A stretch of 64,000 nt of DNA. Origin: Pseudomonadota bacterium (GTDB lineage: Bacteria > Pseudomonadota > Gammaproteobacteria > Pseudomonadales > Halieaceae). Shown here piece by piece: positions 1-9,021 of this stretch; the first letter of the stretch is position 1; each line of letters opens with the position of its first letter. The position numbers and the translations under genes are program-made. Under the pieces are notes generated by a model. That model was not told where the DNA came from, did not search any database, and saw only the letters and a list, made by a program, of their open reading frames with translations. Where the stretch lies: positions 10,533 through 74,532 of the forward strand of contig JBCCYE010000013.1 of NCBI GenBank assembly GCA_039190425.1, given 5' to 3'.

Positions 1-291
1 AATGCTGTGAACAATAAACGTCAAGGTGACGGCCAGTCCACCGGCGCACAGCACACCGGCGGGAATCGCCAGCAGCGCCGGTTCCAGAGCCAGCGCCAGT
101 CGCTCGTTCAATCGCACCATGAAGCCGCCCGCAAAGAAGGTGTACACGGCCTGCTTGCTGGCCGCTACGGTCGCCCCCTCCCAGCCAGCGTCGAGATTGA
201 TCCAGAACACGATTGACCCCAGCACAAAGGCACCGGCAACGGCTGCGGGATAATCGATGTGCCTGTTGAGAAAGGCGATGAGGCGATTCAT
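1..291 (-). CDS. Hypothetical membrane protein, partial (runs off left edge)
   Basis: Not in the ORF track. Manual translation from ATG at 291 gives MNRLIAFLNRHIDYPAAVAGAFVLGSIVFWINLDAGWEGATVAASKQAVYTFFAGGFMVRLNERLALAL..., open to the edge, with several hydrophobic segments. Confidence 0.7.
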   Translation of the reverse strand, partial: MNRLIAFLNRHIDYPAAVAGAFVLGSIVFWINLDAGWEGATVAASKQAVYTFFAGGFMVRLNERLALALEPALLAIPAGVLCAGGLAVTLTFIVHSI

Positions 292-425
292 GTAACGCAA
301 CGGGTGTCCTGTACTCGCTGGCCATCTCGCTACGTTAAGGTATGAAACAGGGACCTGTCCATGTCTGTCCGCGCGCCTGCGCTGCCTGAAGGCTTGGCGG
401 TGCTGCGTACGTTCGCCCTCTCGCA

Positions 426-454
426 TTGACAATCTGCAGACCCATGCCTAGTTT
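426..454 (+). promoter_or_regulatory. Sigma70-type promoter for TRAP operon
   Basis: TTGACA-17 nt-TAGTTT upstream of an AGGAAGGAG RBS and ATG 505. Confidence 0.6.
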
Positions 455-504
455 TAAAAAGGTGAGCACTGTTCTTAACCATCGTTCAGGAAGGAGCCCA
501 GGGC

Positions 505-1554
505 ATGAAGAAACGTGAATTCATCCGCAACGTCGGATTGGGTGCCGCAGCTGCGGCGGCGGCGCCATACGTGCACGCGCAGAAGAAAACCACCATCAAA
601 TGGCGCATGCAAACCTACGCGGGACCCGCTCTCGCCGAGCATGTGATCAAGCCATCCATCGACGCGTTCAACAAAGCGGCCAACGGTGAAATGGAGATTG
701 ATCTGTATTTCGCCGACCAGCTGGTGCCGACGGGAGAGCTGTTTCGCGCTATGCAAAAAGGTACTATCGACGCCGTGCAAAGTGATGACGACTCCATTGC
801 GGCACCCGTCGACATCTCCGTGTTCGGCGGCTACTTTCCCTTCGCCACCCGCTACAGCCTAGACGTGCCGGTGCTGTTCTACCAATACGGGTTGCAGGAG
901 ATCTGGGAAGAGGCGTACGGCGAAATCGAAGGCGTGACCTGGTTGAGCGCCGGCGCCTGGGACCCCTGCCACTTCGCCACCGTTGAACCCATTCGCAGCC
1001 TCGAGGACATGAAGGGCCTGCGCGTGTTCACCTTTCCGACGGCTGGCAAATTCTTGTCGCGCTTTGGCGTGGTGCCGGTCACCCTGCCCTGGGAAGATAT
1101 TGAAGTTGCTGTTCAGACCGGCGAACTGGACGGCATCGCCTGGTCGGGAATCACTGAGGATTACACGGTGGGTTGGGCCGACGTCACCAATTACTTTTTG
1201 ACCAACAACATCTCCGGCGCCTGGTGCGGCTCCTATTTCGCCAACAGCAAATCCTGGGAGTCGATTCCGCCTCATCTGCAGACGCTGTTCAGGCTGTGCA
1301 TGGACAGCTCCCACTACTACCGTCAGCACTGGTATTGGGGCGGTGAGGCAAAACTCAGGACCCAGGGCACCAAGCTGCAGCTGACGTCGATACCCGATGA
1401 AGAGTGGAAAACCGTGGAGAACGAGGCCCAGAAGTTCTGGGACGAAGTCGCCAAGATCAGCCCGCGAACGGCCAAGGTCATCAGCATCTTCAAAGAGTAC
1501 GCCGCGGTTATGGAAAAAGCGGGACGTCCATACCGCTACGACAAAACCAGCTAG
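505..1554 (+). CDS. dctP: TRAP transporter substrate-binding protein (DctP/TakP-like), Tat-like signal
   Basis: MKKREFIR...AAAAAAPYVHAQ signal, WRMQT, LVPTGELF, VQTGELDG motifs; followed by DctQ/DctM. Confidence 0.92.
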   Translation: MKKREFIRNVGLGAAAAAAAPYVHAQKKTTIKWRMQTYAGPALAEHVIKPSIDAFNKAANGEMEIDLYFADQLVPTGELFRAMQKGTIDAVQSDDDSIAAPVDISVFGGYFPFATRYSLDVPVLFYQYGLQEIWEEAYGEIEGVTWLSAGAWDPCHFATVEPIRSLEDMKGLRVFTFPTAGKFLSRFGVVPVTLPWEDIEVAVQTGELDGIAWSGITEDYTVGWADVTNYFLTNNISGAWCGSYFANSKSWESIPPHLQTLFRLCMDSSHYYRQHWYWGGEAKLRTQGTKLQLTSIPDEEWKTVENEAQKFWDEVAKISPRTAKVISIFKEYAAVMEKAGRPYRYDKTS

Positions 1555-1611
1555 GCGTTGCGAGAGCGCGGCATCGGCGCTTAGCAGAGCATCAGGAGTA
1601 GAGAGGCCGCG

Positions 1612-2124
1612 TTGCCGAAAGCCATCGTTATCTTCGTACGCACGGTTGATCTGATCAACCGGACGGTCGGCAAAGCCACCATGTACCTCATCTTTGTCAT
1701 GATGGGGATTCTGCTGTACTCCTCTATCTCACGGACCTTTTTCGATGGCTCGGATCTGTGGATCGTGGAGATGGCACAGTTCACCATGGCGGCTTTCTAT
1801 TTACTCGGTGGCGGCTACTCCATGCAGCAGAACGCGCACGTGCGCGTCGATGTGTTCTACAGCCGCTGGTCACCCCGCAAACGCGCCTTCAGCGACAGCA
1901 TCACCGCCTTCTGTCTGGTTTTCTATCTGATTTTGTTACTGTACGGCGCCATTTCCAGCACCCAATACGCGCTCGAGTACAACCAGAAAAACTACAGTGC
2001 CTGGGGACCACCACTGGCACCGATCAAAATCATCATGACGGTGGGCATCACACTGATGCTCCTGCAGGCCATCGCCACATTCTTCAAAGACCTGGCCCGC
2101 GCTCGGGGTGTGGAACTGTCATGA
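1612..2124 (+). CDS. dctQ: TRAP transporter small permease
   Basis: Four TM segments, HVRVDVFY motif, position between dctP and dctM. Confidence 0.9.
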   Translation: MPKAIVIFVRTVDLINRTVGKATMYLIFVMMGILLYSSISRTFFDGSDLWIVEMAQFTMAAFYLLGGGYSMQQNAHVRVDVFYSRWSPRKRAFSDSITAFCLVFYLILLLYGAISSTQYALEYNQKNYSAWGPPLAPIKIIMTVGITLMLLQAIATFFKDLARARGVELS

Positions 2125-3443
2125 GTCCAGAGATGATTGCGCTGACGATGTTCACCAGCATGTTGCTGATGCTGATGACCGGGCAGCGGGTGTTCGGTGC
2201 GATTGGTTTTGTCGCATCCCTGTCTGCTCTGCTGCTGTGGGGCGAGGGCGGCAACGAGATGGCGTTCAATGCCAGCTTTGTGCTGATGAATTGGTACCCA
2301 TTGCTCACCTTGCCGCTGTTCATCTTCATGGGCTACATGCTCAGCGAATCGGGCATTGCAGGCGATCTCTACCGGGCGTTTCACGTGGGCTTTGGCGGGT
2401 TACACGGCGGTCTCGCAATCGGCACGGTGGGGCTGATGGTGGCCATCTCCGCCATGAACGGACTCAGCGTGGCCGGTATGGCCATCGGGGCCAGTATCGC
2501 GCTACCGGAAATGCTCAAGCGCGGCTACGACAAGCGCATGGTCACGGGTGTGGTTCAGGCCGGCAGTTCGCTGGGCATTATGGTGCCTCCCAGCGTGGTC
2601 CTGGTGCTGTACGGCATGATCGCCAGGCAGCCAGTGGGTCAGCTGTGGTTGGCGGGTTTGTTGCCGGGACTGCTGCTGGCGGCGCTGTTCATCGCTTACA
2701 TTGCGATCCGCTGCCGACTGCAGCCGGAACTCGGGCCACCGCTCCCCGCAGAGGAGCGCCAGCTGTCACGGGCTGAGAAGTTTCGGCTGCTGCGTTCCGG
2801 CATTCTACCGCTGGCCATCATCTTCTCCGTCACAGGACTGTTCTTGATGGGCGTCACCAGCCTGGTCGAGAGTTCCGCGGCGGGGGCCGCCGCCGCACTG
2901 CTGGCCGCGCTGATCAAGGGCCGACTGTCGCGCCAGGTGCTCGATGATACTCTGCGCAACACGCTGAACGTGACGTGCATGTTCATGTGGGTCATCCTCG
3001 CCGCGCTGTGTTTTGGCGCGGTATTCGACGGCCTGGGAGCCGTGGATGCCATCGAATGGCTGTTCATTGAGCGCTGGGATCTGAGCCCGTGGGGTGTGCT
3101 GATCATGATGCAGCTGTCCTACATACTGCTGGGCACCTTTCTGGACGACACCGCCATGCTGGTGATTGTCGCGCCGCTGTATGTGCCCCTGGTCATTGCG
3201 TTGGGCTTTGACCCGATCTGGTACGGTGTCCTCTACACGCTCACCTGTCAGATTGCCTATATGACACCGCCCTTTGGCTACAACCTGTTCCTGATGAAGG
3301 CCATGGCACCCCCAGAGGTGACGTTGATGGACATCTATCGCTCCATCATACCGTTCGTGCTGGTGATGATCGTCGGCCTGGCGCTGGTGACGCTGTTCCC
3401 TCAGATCGCGCTCTGGCTACCCGGTTTGTACTACGGCGACTGA
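2121..3443 (+). CDS. dctM: TRAP transporter large permease
   Basis: Start reassigned to ATG 2121 (ATGA overlap with dctQ stop); PLFIFMG, GIMVPPS, TPPFGYNLF motifs. Confidence 0.92.
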   Translation: MSPEMIALTMFTSMLLMLMTGQRVFGAIGFVASLSALLLWGEGGNEMAFNASFVLMNWYPLLTLPLFIFMGYMLSESGIAGDLYRAFHVGFGGLHGGLAIGTVGLMVAISAMNGLSVAGMAIGASIALPEMLKRGYDKRMVTGVVQAGSSLGIMVPPSVVLVLYGMIARQPVGQLWLAGLLPGLLLAALFIAYIAIRCRLQPELGPPLPAEERQLSRAEKFRLLRSGILPLAIIFSVTGLFLMGVTSLVESSAAGAAAALLAALIKGRLSRQVLDDTLRNTLNVTCMFMWVILAALCFGAVFDGLGAVDAIEWLFIERWDLSPWGVLIMMQLSYILLGTFLDDTAMLVIVAPLYVPLVIALGFDPIWYGVLYTLTCQIAYMTPPFGYNLFLMKAMAPPEVTLMDIYRSIIPFVLVMIVGLALVTLFPQIALWLPGLYYGD

Positions 3444-3456
3444 GGTCAAATACAAC

Positions 3457-4563
3457 ATGAAAGCACTGGTCATTACGGTAGGCGTACTCCTCGTCGCGGT
3501 GATCGCATCGCTGCTGCTGTTGCCGGTCAGGGCCTTCCTGATTTCGCTTACGCTGCCGGACTATCCTGACTGGCCGTCGCCGCTCACGTCCCTGAGCGCC
3601 GAGGACCGCGGTGAAATCTACTTTGCGACTCAGAGCCCCTACGATCTTGAAGTCATCCTGGCGGACATGGCGCAGGCGCGACCCACCACTGGCCTGGGCT
3701 ATCTCAGCTACCCACAGGGCGCGAGTGAGGAGCACCCGGTACCGGCGATGGTTCTGCTACCGGGCAGTGGCGGCATCGCTGAAGGGCGGGAAGCAGACTA
3801 CGCCCGGTGGCTCACCGATCGAGGCATTGCAGCCTTTATCATCGAATACTACGCACCCCGTGGCTTTGATCAGGACTCGGAGTATCTGATCAGAACATCC
3901 TCTGTTACCGAGTTCGATCTGATTGCCGACGCGTACGCCGCGTTGCGCCTGCTTGGCACCAGCCCGCTGATTGACGCGCAGCGCATAGGATTGATCGGAT
4001 TCTCCTACGGCGGCATGGCGACACGACTGGCGATGGACCAGCGCATCCAGCGCGCCCTGGGCGGCGACAGCGCATCTTTCTCTTTGCACATTGATACGTA
4101 CGGGCCCTGTTTTCAAAACCTGCTGTCGCAGAGAGTCACTGGCGCTCCCCTGTTGACGCTGCGCGGCACCGAGGATGCTTCCAATGATCTGGCGGCCTGC
4201 GCCCAGCGTGAAGAGGAGCTTCGCGAGCTGGGTGTAGAAGTGACGGCCCACGTCTATCCAGGAGCGGGGCACGCCTGGGAGAATAAGGTACCCAGGCACT
4301 TTGCGGAGGAAGCGCCTTATCTGGCCGGTTGCGAAATTCGCTATGATAATGCGGGAAAGGCCTGGCTGGACGGTCAGCCCGTCACCGACTACCCCGTGGA
4401 CGCGCCTCACGCCACCAAGATGGCGGCTCGCTTTGCCAGCGGCCTACAGTTCAGAGACTGTGTGGGCTGGGGTTACACTATTGGCCGCGACGATGCGACG
4501 CGCGATCGCGCCTATCAGGACATCGAGCGCTTCCTGCAGTCGTACTGGTCGGTCGTGCCGTAA
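3457..4563 (+). CDS. Dienelactone hydrolase-family alpha/beta hydrolase, N-terminal membrane anchor
   Basis: GFSYGG nucleophile elbow, GTEDA acid, YPGAGHAW His motif. Confidence 0.8.
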   Translation: MKALVITVGVLLVAVIASLLLLPVRAFLISLTLPDYPDWPSPLTSLSAEDRGEIYFATQSPYDLEVILADMAQARPTTGLGYLSYPQGASEEHPVPAMVLLPGSGGIAEGREADYARWLTDRGIAAFIIEYYAPRGFDQDSEYLIRTSSVTEFDLIADAYAALRLLGTSPLIDAQRIGLIGFSYGGMATRLAMDQRIQRALGGDSASFSLHIDTYGPCFQNLLSQRVTGAPLLTLRGTEDASNDLAACAQREEELRELGVEVTAHVYPGAGHAWENKVPRHFAEEAPYLAGCEIRYDNAGKAWLDGQPVTDYPVDAPHATKMAARFASGLQFRDCVGWGYTIGRDDATRDRAYQDIERFLQSYWSVVP

Positions 4564-4566
4564 GGC

Positions 4567-4599
4567 GCCGATCGGCTCGCCGTCAGCGAGCCAGTCGGC
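4567..4599. terminator. GC-rich hairpin between convergent genes
   Basis: GCCGA-TC-GGCTCGC/CGTCA/GCGAGCC-AG-TCGGC; no clear U-tract. Confidence 0.4.
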
Positions 4600-4607
4600 C
4601 CGTGCGT

Positions 4608-5747
4608 TTAATCGGAGACCGAGCGCCAGTCGTCCGTGTCGTTGATCAATCCATCGACCCAGTCACTAATACTCAGACCTTCGACGCTGAGTGTCAGGTC
4701 ACTTCCCAGGAATGTGTGGGAATCGCCTGCACGAATAAAGCTGCGCACACGGTCGGGATTGCGCTGCTCCAATTCGCCGGTTGTAGTGCGCATCTCCTGC
4801 TCGAAGGCCGGTCCACCGATGCCCAGGAAGAAGGTGCCAATCACAAAGTCCTGGGCGTAGCTCATAAGACCCAGCCGCAGGCCGGGATCCTGACCAAGTT
4901 GCCAGTCGAGAAACTCCACGGCATCGCCCTGGGGGACGCAGTCAGGACAGCTTTCGGGAAAGAAGGCACCAATGTTCCAGTACTCGAGAATTTCGTTATT
5001 GAAATCGGGGTCTGCCGGGCGCGTGATGCCCAGACCCGAATCGTTGATCACCTCAATAGGGGTGTCGGGGTACAGCTGACGCACCAGCGGCAACGCGAAG
5101 ATCGTGCCGTAACCCCCGCCGCTGATGCCGGCCAGAACGATACGGCTAGGCGCTGGGAACGCGCGCACGGTAACGTCCAGTCCTGCGGACAGGTTGTGCA
5201 GGCCGCGGTGATAGCGATCGATCAAGCCGTCGTTATCGGAATCCACGTCCGCATCACTGGCGTGCAGGCCGCCGTCACAGTAAGGCAGGTAGGCAGTGTT
5301 GACGCCCGCCAGAGGATTATCCGGGTTGGCCGGGTCTAAGATCCCGGCCGCCGGTATACCGGTGCCCGCCGACTCTGTGGCCGAACAAAAAGTGAACCAA
5401 CAGGCGCCGCCGCCCTGGAGCAGAATCAGCAAATCCTCGCTGCCTTCATCTCGCGTCGCCATGGTGTAGCGAGACCCATCCAGACACAGGGGGCCGTCAC
5501 CCTCTGCGAAGTCATGGTTCACCACGTCGCCTTCTTGGGAGGTGGCCATGGGTGAGTACAATCCCACGTAGCGCGTGACGCCCTGATCGACCAGTTCCTG
5601 GAACTGACCCGCCGGTTCGACACCACCGTCGTCGCTGCCGTCATTATTGTTGTTGTCGCTGTCTGAGCAGGCAGCCAGGGCGACGGCCAAAGCGCAAACA
5701 ACCACTCGGCCAAGTGAAACTTGGTGCAAAGGTAATGTGAATGTCAT
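4608..5747 (-). CDS. Pectinacetylesterase-family lipoprotein esterase
   Basis: Lipobox LAAC; LQGGGACW, PYCDG, GISGGGYG motifs. Confidence 0.8.
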   Translation of the reverse strand: MTFTLPLHQVSLGRVVVCALAVALAACSDSDNNNNDGSDDGGVEPAGQFQELVDQGVTRYVGLYSPMATSQEGDVVNHDFAEGDGPLCLDGSRYTMATRDEGSEDLLILLQGGGACWFTFCSATESAGTGIPAAGILDPANPDNPLAGVNTAYLPYCDGGLHASDADVDSDNDGLIDRYHRGLHNLSAGLDVTVRAFPAPSRIVLAGISGGGYGTIFALPLVRQLYPDTPIEVINDSGLGITRPADPDFNNEILEYWNIGAFFPESCPDCVPQGDAVEFLDWQLGQDPGLRLGLMSYAQDFVIGTFFLGIGGPAFEQEMRTTTGELEQRNPDRVRSFIRAGDSHTFLGSDLTLSVEGLSISDWVDGLINDTDDWRSVSD

Positions 5748-5913
5748 AATTCTCTCTTACAGTCCGCTATGATTATCGACTTGTTATGGCTCGCCGCTCG
5801 GGCGACTTCCTGTCTGAGAGTGTTTACCCCTTCCCGGCGGGGCGAGTGCTGCGCATTATACACAGAGCGGAGCAAAATGGATCACCAAGGGATTCGGTGA
5901 AAATACCCTATGA

Positions 5914-6615
5914 TCAGTGCACCCAGGCCTGAATCTGCACCTTGAGGCGCTCCAGCACGAGGGCCTTTCCCGCCTCACCCGCTTCCTGCCAACGCAGAAT
6001 ATCCATGGCGACCGCAGAACCCGGAACAAAGGCGGCGATGCCTGAAATCAGCATGATCGCGTCGATTCGGTCGCACTCATGGGCCCGCGGTCTGCCTTTG
6101 ACGGCGGCCACCAACCGCGCCGCCAACTCAGTACCAGGCGACCAGAGGTTGTTGTAAAGATGCGAATAAGCCAGACCCGGCTCGCGCATTTCGCGGTGCA
6201 CAAAATCCGCCGCCTCGGATACCTCTCTGGACAAAATCATGACATCTGCCAAGGCGGACAACAGTCCCTCGAGCTCCCGGGCGGCGGCGCGTCGGTCCAG
6301 CCCATGCGCAAGGGCCGCGGCCGACCGCTGTGAGACCTGCCCAAGCGGTTGCACAAAGCGATCGAGTATCTCCTGCGCGCAGGCCTGGTACAGCCCTTCC
6401 TTGCCACCGAAGTGGTAGTTGATGGCGGGCTGATTCACCCCGGCTGCCGAGGCTATTTCACGGGTCGTCACAGCGCTGAAGCCGCGCCTGCCGAAGGCGG
6501 CAATCGCGGCGCGCAGAATCGCCCTGCGCGTCGCCAGGCTTTTTGCATAACCGGACGTCAGGCGCGCTCGGGCGGGTTTACCGCGGTGGGGAGCGCCGGC
6601 GTGATCACTTGGCAT
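5914..6615 (-). CDS. TetR-family regulator, CecR/CerR (YbiH)-like
   Basis: HTH TTREIASAAGVNQPAINYHFGGKEGLY; C-terminal REMREPG; start reassigned to ATG 6615, overlapping the upstream stop. Confidence 0.82.
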   Translation of the reverse strand: MPSDHAGAPHRGKPARARLTSGYAKSLATRRAILRAAIAAFGRRGFSAVTTREIASAAGVNQPAINYHFGGKEGLYQACAQEILDRFVQPLGQVSQRSAAALAHGLDRRAAARELEGLLSALADVMILSREVSEAADFVHREMREPGLAYSHLYNNLWSPGTELAARLVAAVKGRPRAHECDRIDAIMLISGIAAFVPGSAVAMDILRWQEAGEAGKALVLERLKVQIQAWVH

Positions 6616-7969
6616 CCGCCACCACCATTTTGTATTGGCTGGCATCGGTGATGAAGTCGGCATGCCCATAGCTTTCCAGCAACCTCGCCAGCGTATTCAC
6701 CAGACGACGATCCAGCCACCCACGCAGCGCGGGGATGCGCATTCCAAACTTGTAAAAATAGGCGCTGCTGAGAATGGTTGCCAGCGTTGCCGCCGTCGCC
6801 AGCCGATCCGGCCAGCGATACTGGATGCCCAGCTTACGCGCTCTGGCAGGCTTGCCATCACAGAAATTCTGGATCAGGAAAAACTTGGCAAAACCGCTTT
6901 CCATCCACCGGTGCAGGCGACCTCGCAACCCCGTACCCGCGAACAGCTGAGCATCCATGGTGCCGCGAACCAGTTCACCGCAGGTAGCATCCTCAAACTC
7001 CTCTCGCAGCGAGCAGGTGCGCGCCATCATCAGATCGACAATCTCGACGGGCGATTCACCCAGCAGCTCCTGGGGTAGCCCCAGTAGAAAACACCGGTAA
7101 CGCGCCATCTCCACGCGTGCTCGCTCGGCGGGGGTGAACTGCGTGCGCCCTTTGGCCAGAAGCTTGAATGACAGCAGAAAAATACCGATCAAGCCGGCGG
7201 GCATCTGGTCAACCTGTGGGATCGGGATGCCATAGATGGATACGTCCCATTTGCCACTCTGCATGATGTTGTAACGCACCATGGAATGCATCAGACGGAC
7301 CTTCGCGGCTGCTTTGAAACCGGCGCCGAACCGCGTCATGGCGCCGGGCATGGCCGTGGCTGTGAAAAAGCTGGCCGTTTCGAACACCCTGCGGGCGGAT
7401 TTCGCATCCGACAGGGTACCGGTCATTGTCATGGGTAGCGCGGTGTACTTATTCATAAAGGTGGCAATAAAAGCACCGCGAATGGCAAACGGGGAAATGG
7501 TGGCCAGCGGGATGCGCTCCTGGCAGGCGCCCTGTTCCACTAGGTCCATATCGACCCACTCAGGAGTCGCCTCCATGGCACGAATGAAACGCACCAGCTC
7601 CGGCGGTGCGTTGGTCACACTCTCTACGCCACCATCACAGGCCTCTTCCAGCATGTTCACCAGGGTGCGAAAGCCAATCTGAGGTATCAGGGCGGCGTAG
7701 GCATCCGCCACAGCGTCACCCATCATGGTGTAGTTGCGAATCGATGCTACGCGAGCGGGGTCTGCCAGCGCCCGCTCGGCATAGCGCTGATAGCGCGCCG
7801 GCAGGTTCCTACAGACGCTGTCGTCATTGACGTAGCGTTCAGGCAGGATGGAGAAATCGACCTTGCCATAGATCTCGGGAATCGCAGTGCGTTGATCGCG
7901 CACCGCCTGTCGATAGGGCACGCTCGCCACCTGGCTCATCAGCAGGGCTCCGAAGGGCTGTGGTTGCAT
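6605..7969 (-). CDS. MpaB/Lcp-like (DUF2236) heme oxygenase-family protein
   Basis: RRVFETASF, KVRLMHSMVR (putative heme His) and WD...GIPIPQ motifs. Confidence 0.78.
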   Translation of the reverse strand: MQPQPFGALLMSQVASVPYRQAVRDQRTAIPEIYGKVDFSILPERYVNDDSVCRNLPARYQRYAERALADPARVASIRNYTMMGDAVADAYAALIPQIGFRTLVNMLEEACDGGVESVTNAPPELVRFIRAMEATPEWVDMDLVEQGACQERIPLATISPFAIRGAFIATFMNKYTALPMTMTGTLSDAKSARRVFETASFFTATAMPGAMTRFGAGFKAAAKVRLMHSMVRYNIMQSGKWDVSIYGIPIPQVDQMPAGLIGIFLLSFKLLAKGRTQFTPAERARVEMARYRCFLLGLPQELLGESPVEIVDLMMARTCSLREEFEDATCGELVRGTMDAQLFAGTGLRGRLHRWMESGFAKFFLIQNFCDGKPARARKLGIQYRWPDRLATAATLATILSSAYFYKFGMRIPALRGWLDRRLVNTLARLLESYGHADFITDASQYKMVVADAK

Positions 7970-7974
7970 GGGTC

Positions 7975-8002
7975 AATTTATATCAAGCGATCAATTTGTC
8001 AA
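7975..8002 (-). promoter_or_regulatory. Promoter for oxygenase-TetR operon, possibly leaderless
   Basis: Minus strand TTGACA-16 nt-TAAATT, 5 nt before ATG 7969; TCAATTT direct repeat at 7973 and 7991. Confidence 0.45.
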
Positions 8003-8120
8003 CGACGCTCTGTGGCGTCCGAACGGCTCCCCGCCCGTTGCCAACCCGGGGCGCAAAACCGCTATGATGGGTGAGTGTCGAGGGATTACATCCGGTTGCT
8101 GACCGATGGGGGTTTCAGTC

Positions 8121-8993
8121 ATGGCGATCAACAGGCGTAACCTGATCAAAAGCGGTTCCACCCTGCTTGCCGGTTCCGTCGTATCAGGTGTGGCGAGGGC
8201 TGGCCTGAAGCAAAACGCGCCGGCCTTCGACCAGGCCTATGCACAGACCTTCGCCCTGGTAAAACAAACGCTGGACCAGGCCGGCCTCAAAGAAATCCCC
8301 CCGCTTCCACTGGTCAGCGGACAGGACCACATCAATGGCGGTCTGCGTCAAGACGCCAATCCAGCCATGCTGCAGCGCATGACTTACACGCTACAGCCTA
8401 GCGCCCGCGTGGACGACATCGCCGAGCGCGGTCGCACGGATCTACTGCCGATATTTCACGTGCTGGCGTCACACACCCAGCCAGACACGACCTTTGCCGA
8501 TCAAGCGCACTTCCTGATGACCCTGCTGACCGACATCTGCGGCCTAGACAAACAGCGCCTGGCCTTCGCCAGCGTACCGGATGTCGAACAGATGCGGGAG
8601 CTATTGACCCTGTCGGGAATCGACTTCGACCGTCAGGTGCACATCAGAGCGCCGGAGGTGGCTCGCGGCATGGGCGACTCGTCCGGCTACTTTTTCCCGG
8701 ACCCGGAGGACAATGAATACCACATTCTCACTTGTGGTGTTTACTACCGGCTGACCGATGAAGGCGATGTCGGCTTTGCTACGTATCCGCCTCCTGCGGA
8801 GTGGACCGAGGTGGCTGAATTTGGCCTGACGGGCATTGAATCACCGGGCATCGCCCTGGGGATGGAGCGCCTGACACTGGCTAGAAGCGGTTTCTATCCT
8901 ACCTGGAGTGACCGTCTACCCATGCTCATGGAACGCGTAGGCGCTGAATCAGGTAACGATGCGCCGCCACCCGGGCTCGACGCGTTTCGGTAA
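8121..8993 (+). CDS. Tat-signal protein with alanyl-tRNA-synthetase-like class II catalytic domain only
   Basis: INRRNLIK...VARA Tat signal; collinear similarity to the AlaRS N-domain (QPSARVDD..GRT..PIFHVL; GLDKQRL; LGMERL). Confidence 0.65.
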   Translation: MAINRRNLIKSGSTLLAGSVVSGVARAGLKQNAPAFDQAYAQTFALVKQTLDQAGLKEIPPLPLVSGQDHINGGLRQDANPAMLQRMTYTLQPSARVDDIAERGRTDLLPIFHVLASHTQPDTTFADQAHFLMTLLTDICGLDKQRLAFASVPDVEQMRELLTLSGIDFDRQVHIRAPEVARGMGDSSGYFFPDPEDNEYHILTCGVYYRLTDEGDVGFATYPPPAEWTEVAEFGLTGIESPGIALGMERLTLARSGFYPTWSDRLPMLMERVGAESGNDAPPPGLDAFR

Positions 8994-9021
8994 CCACCGT
9001 GCGGTGGCGCGGTGCGCTCGC

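Noticed and set aside
1758-2120. 121-aa N-terminal extension of DctM in the ORF track
   Set aside because: It overlaps dctQ in another frame; the hydrophobic DctM sequence starts at ATG 2121.
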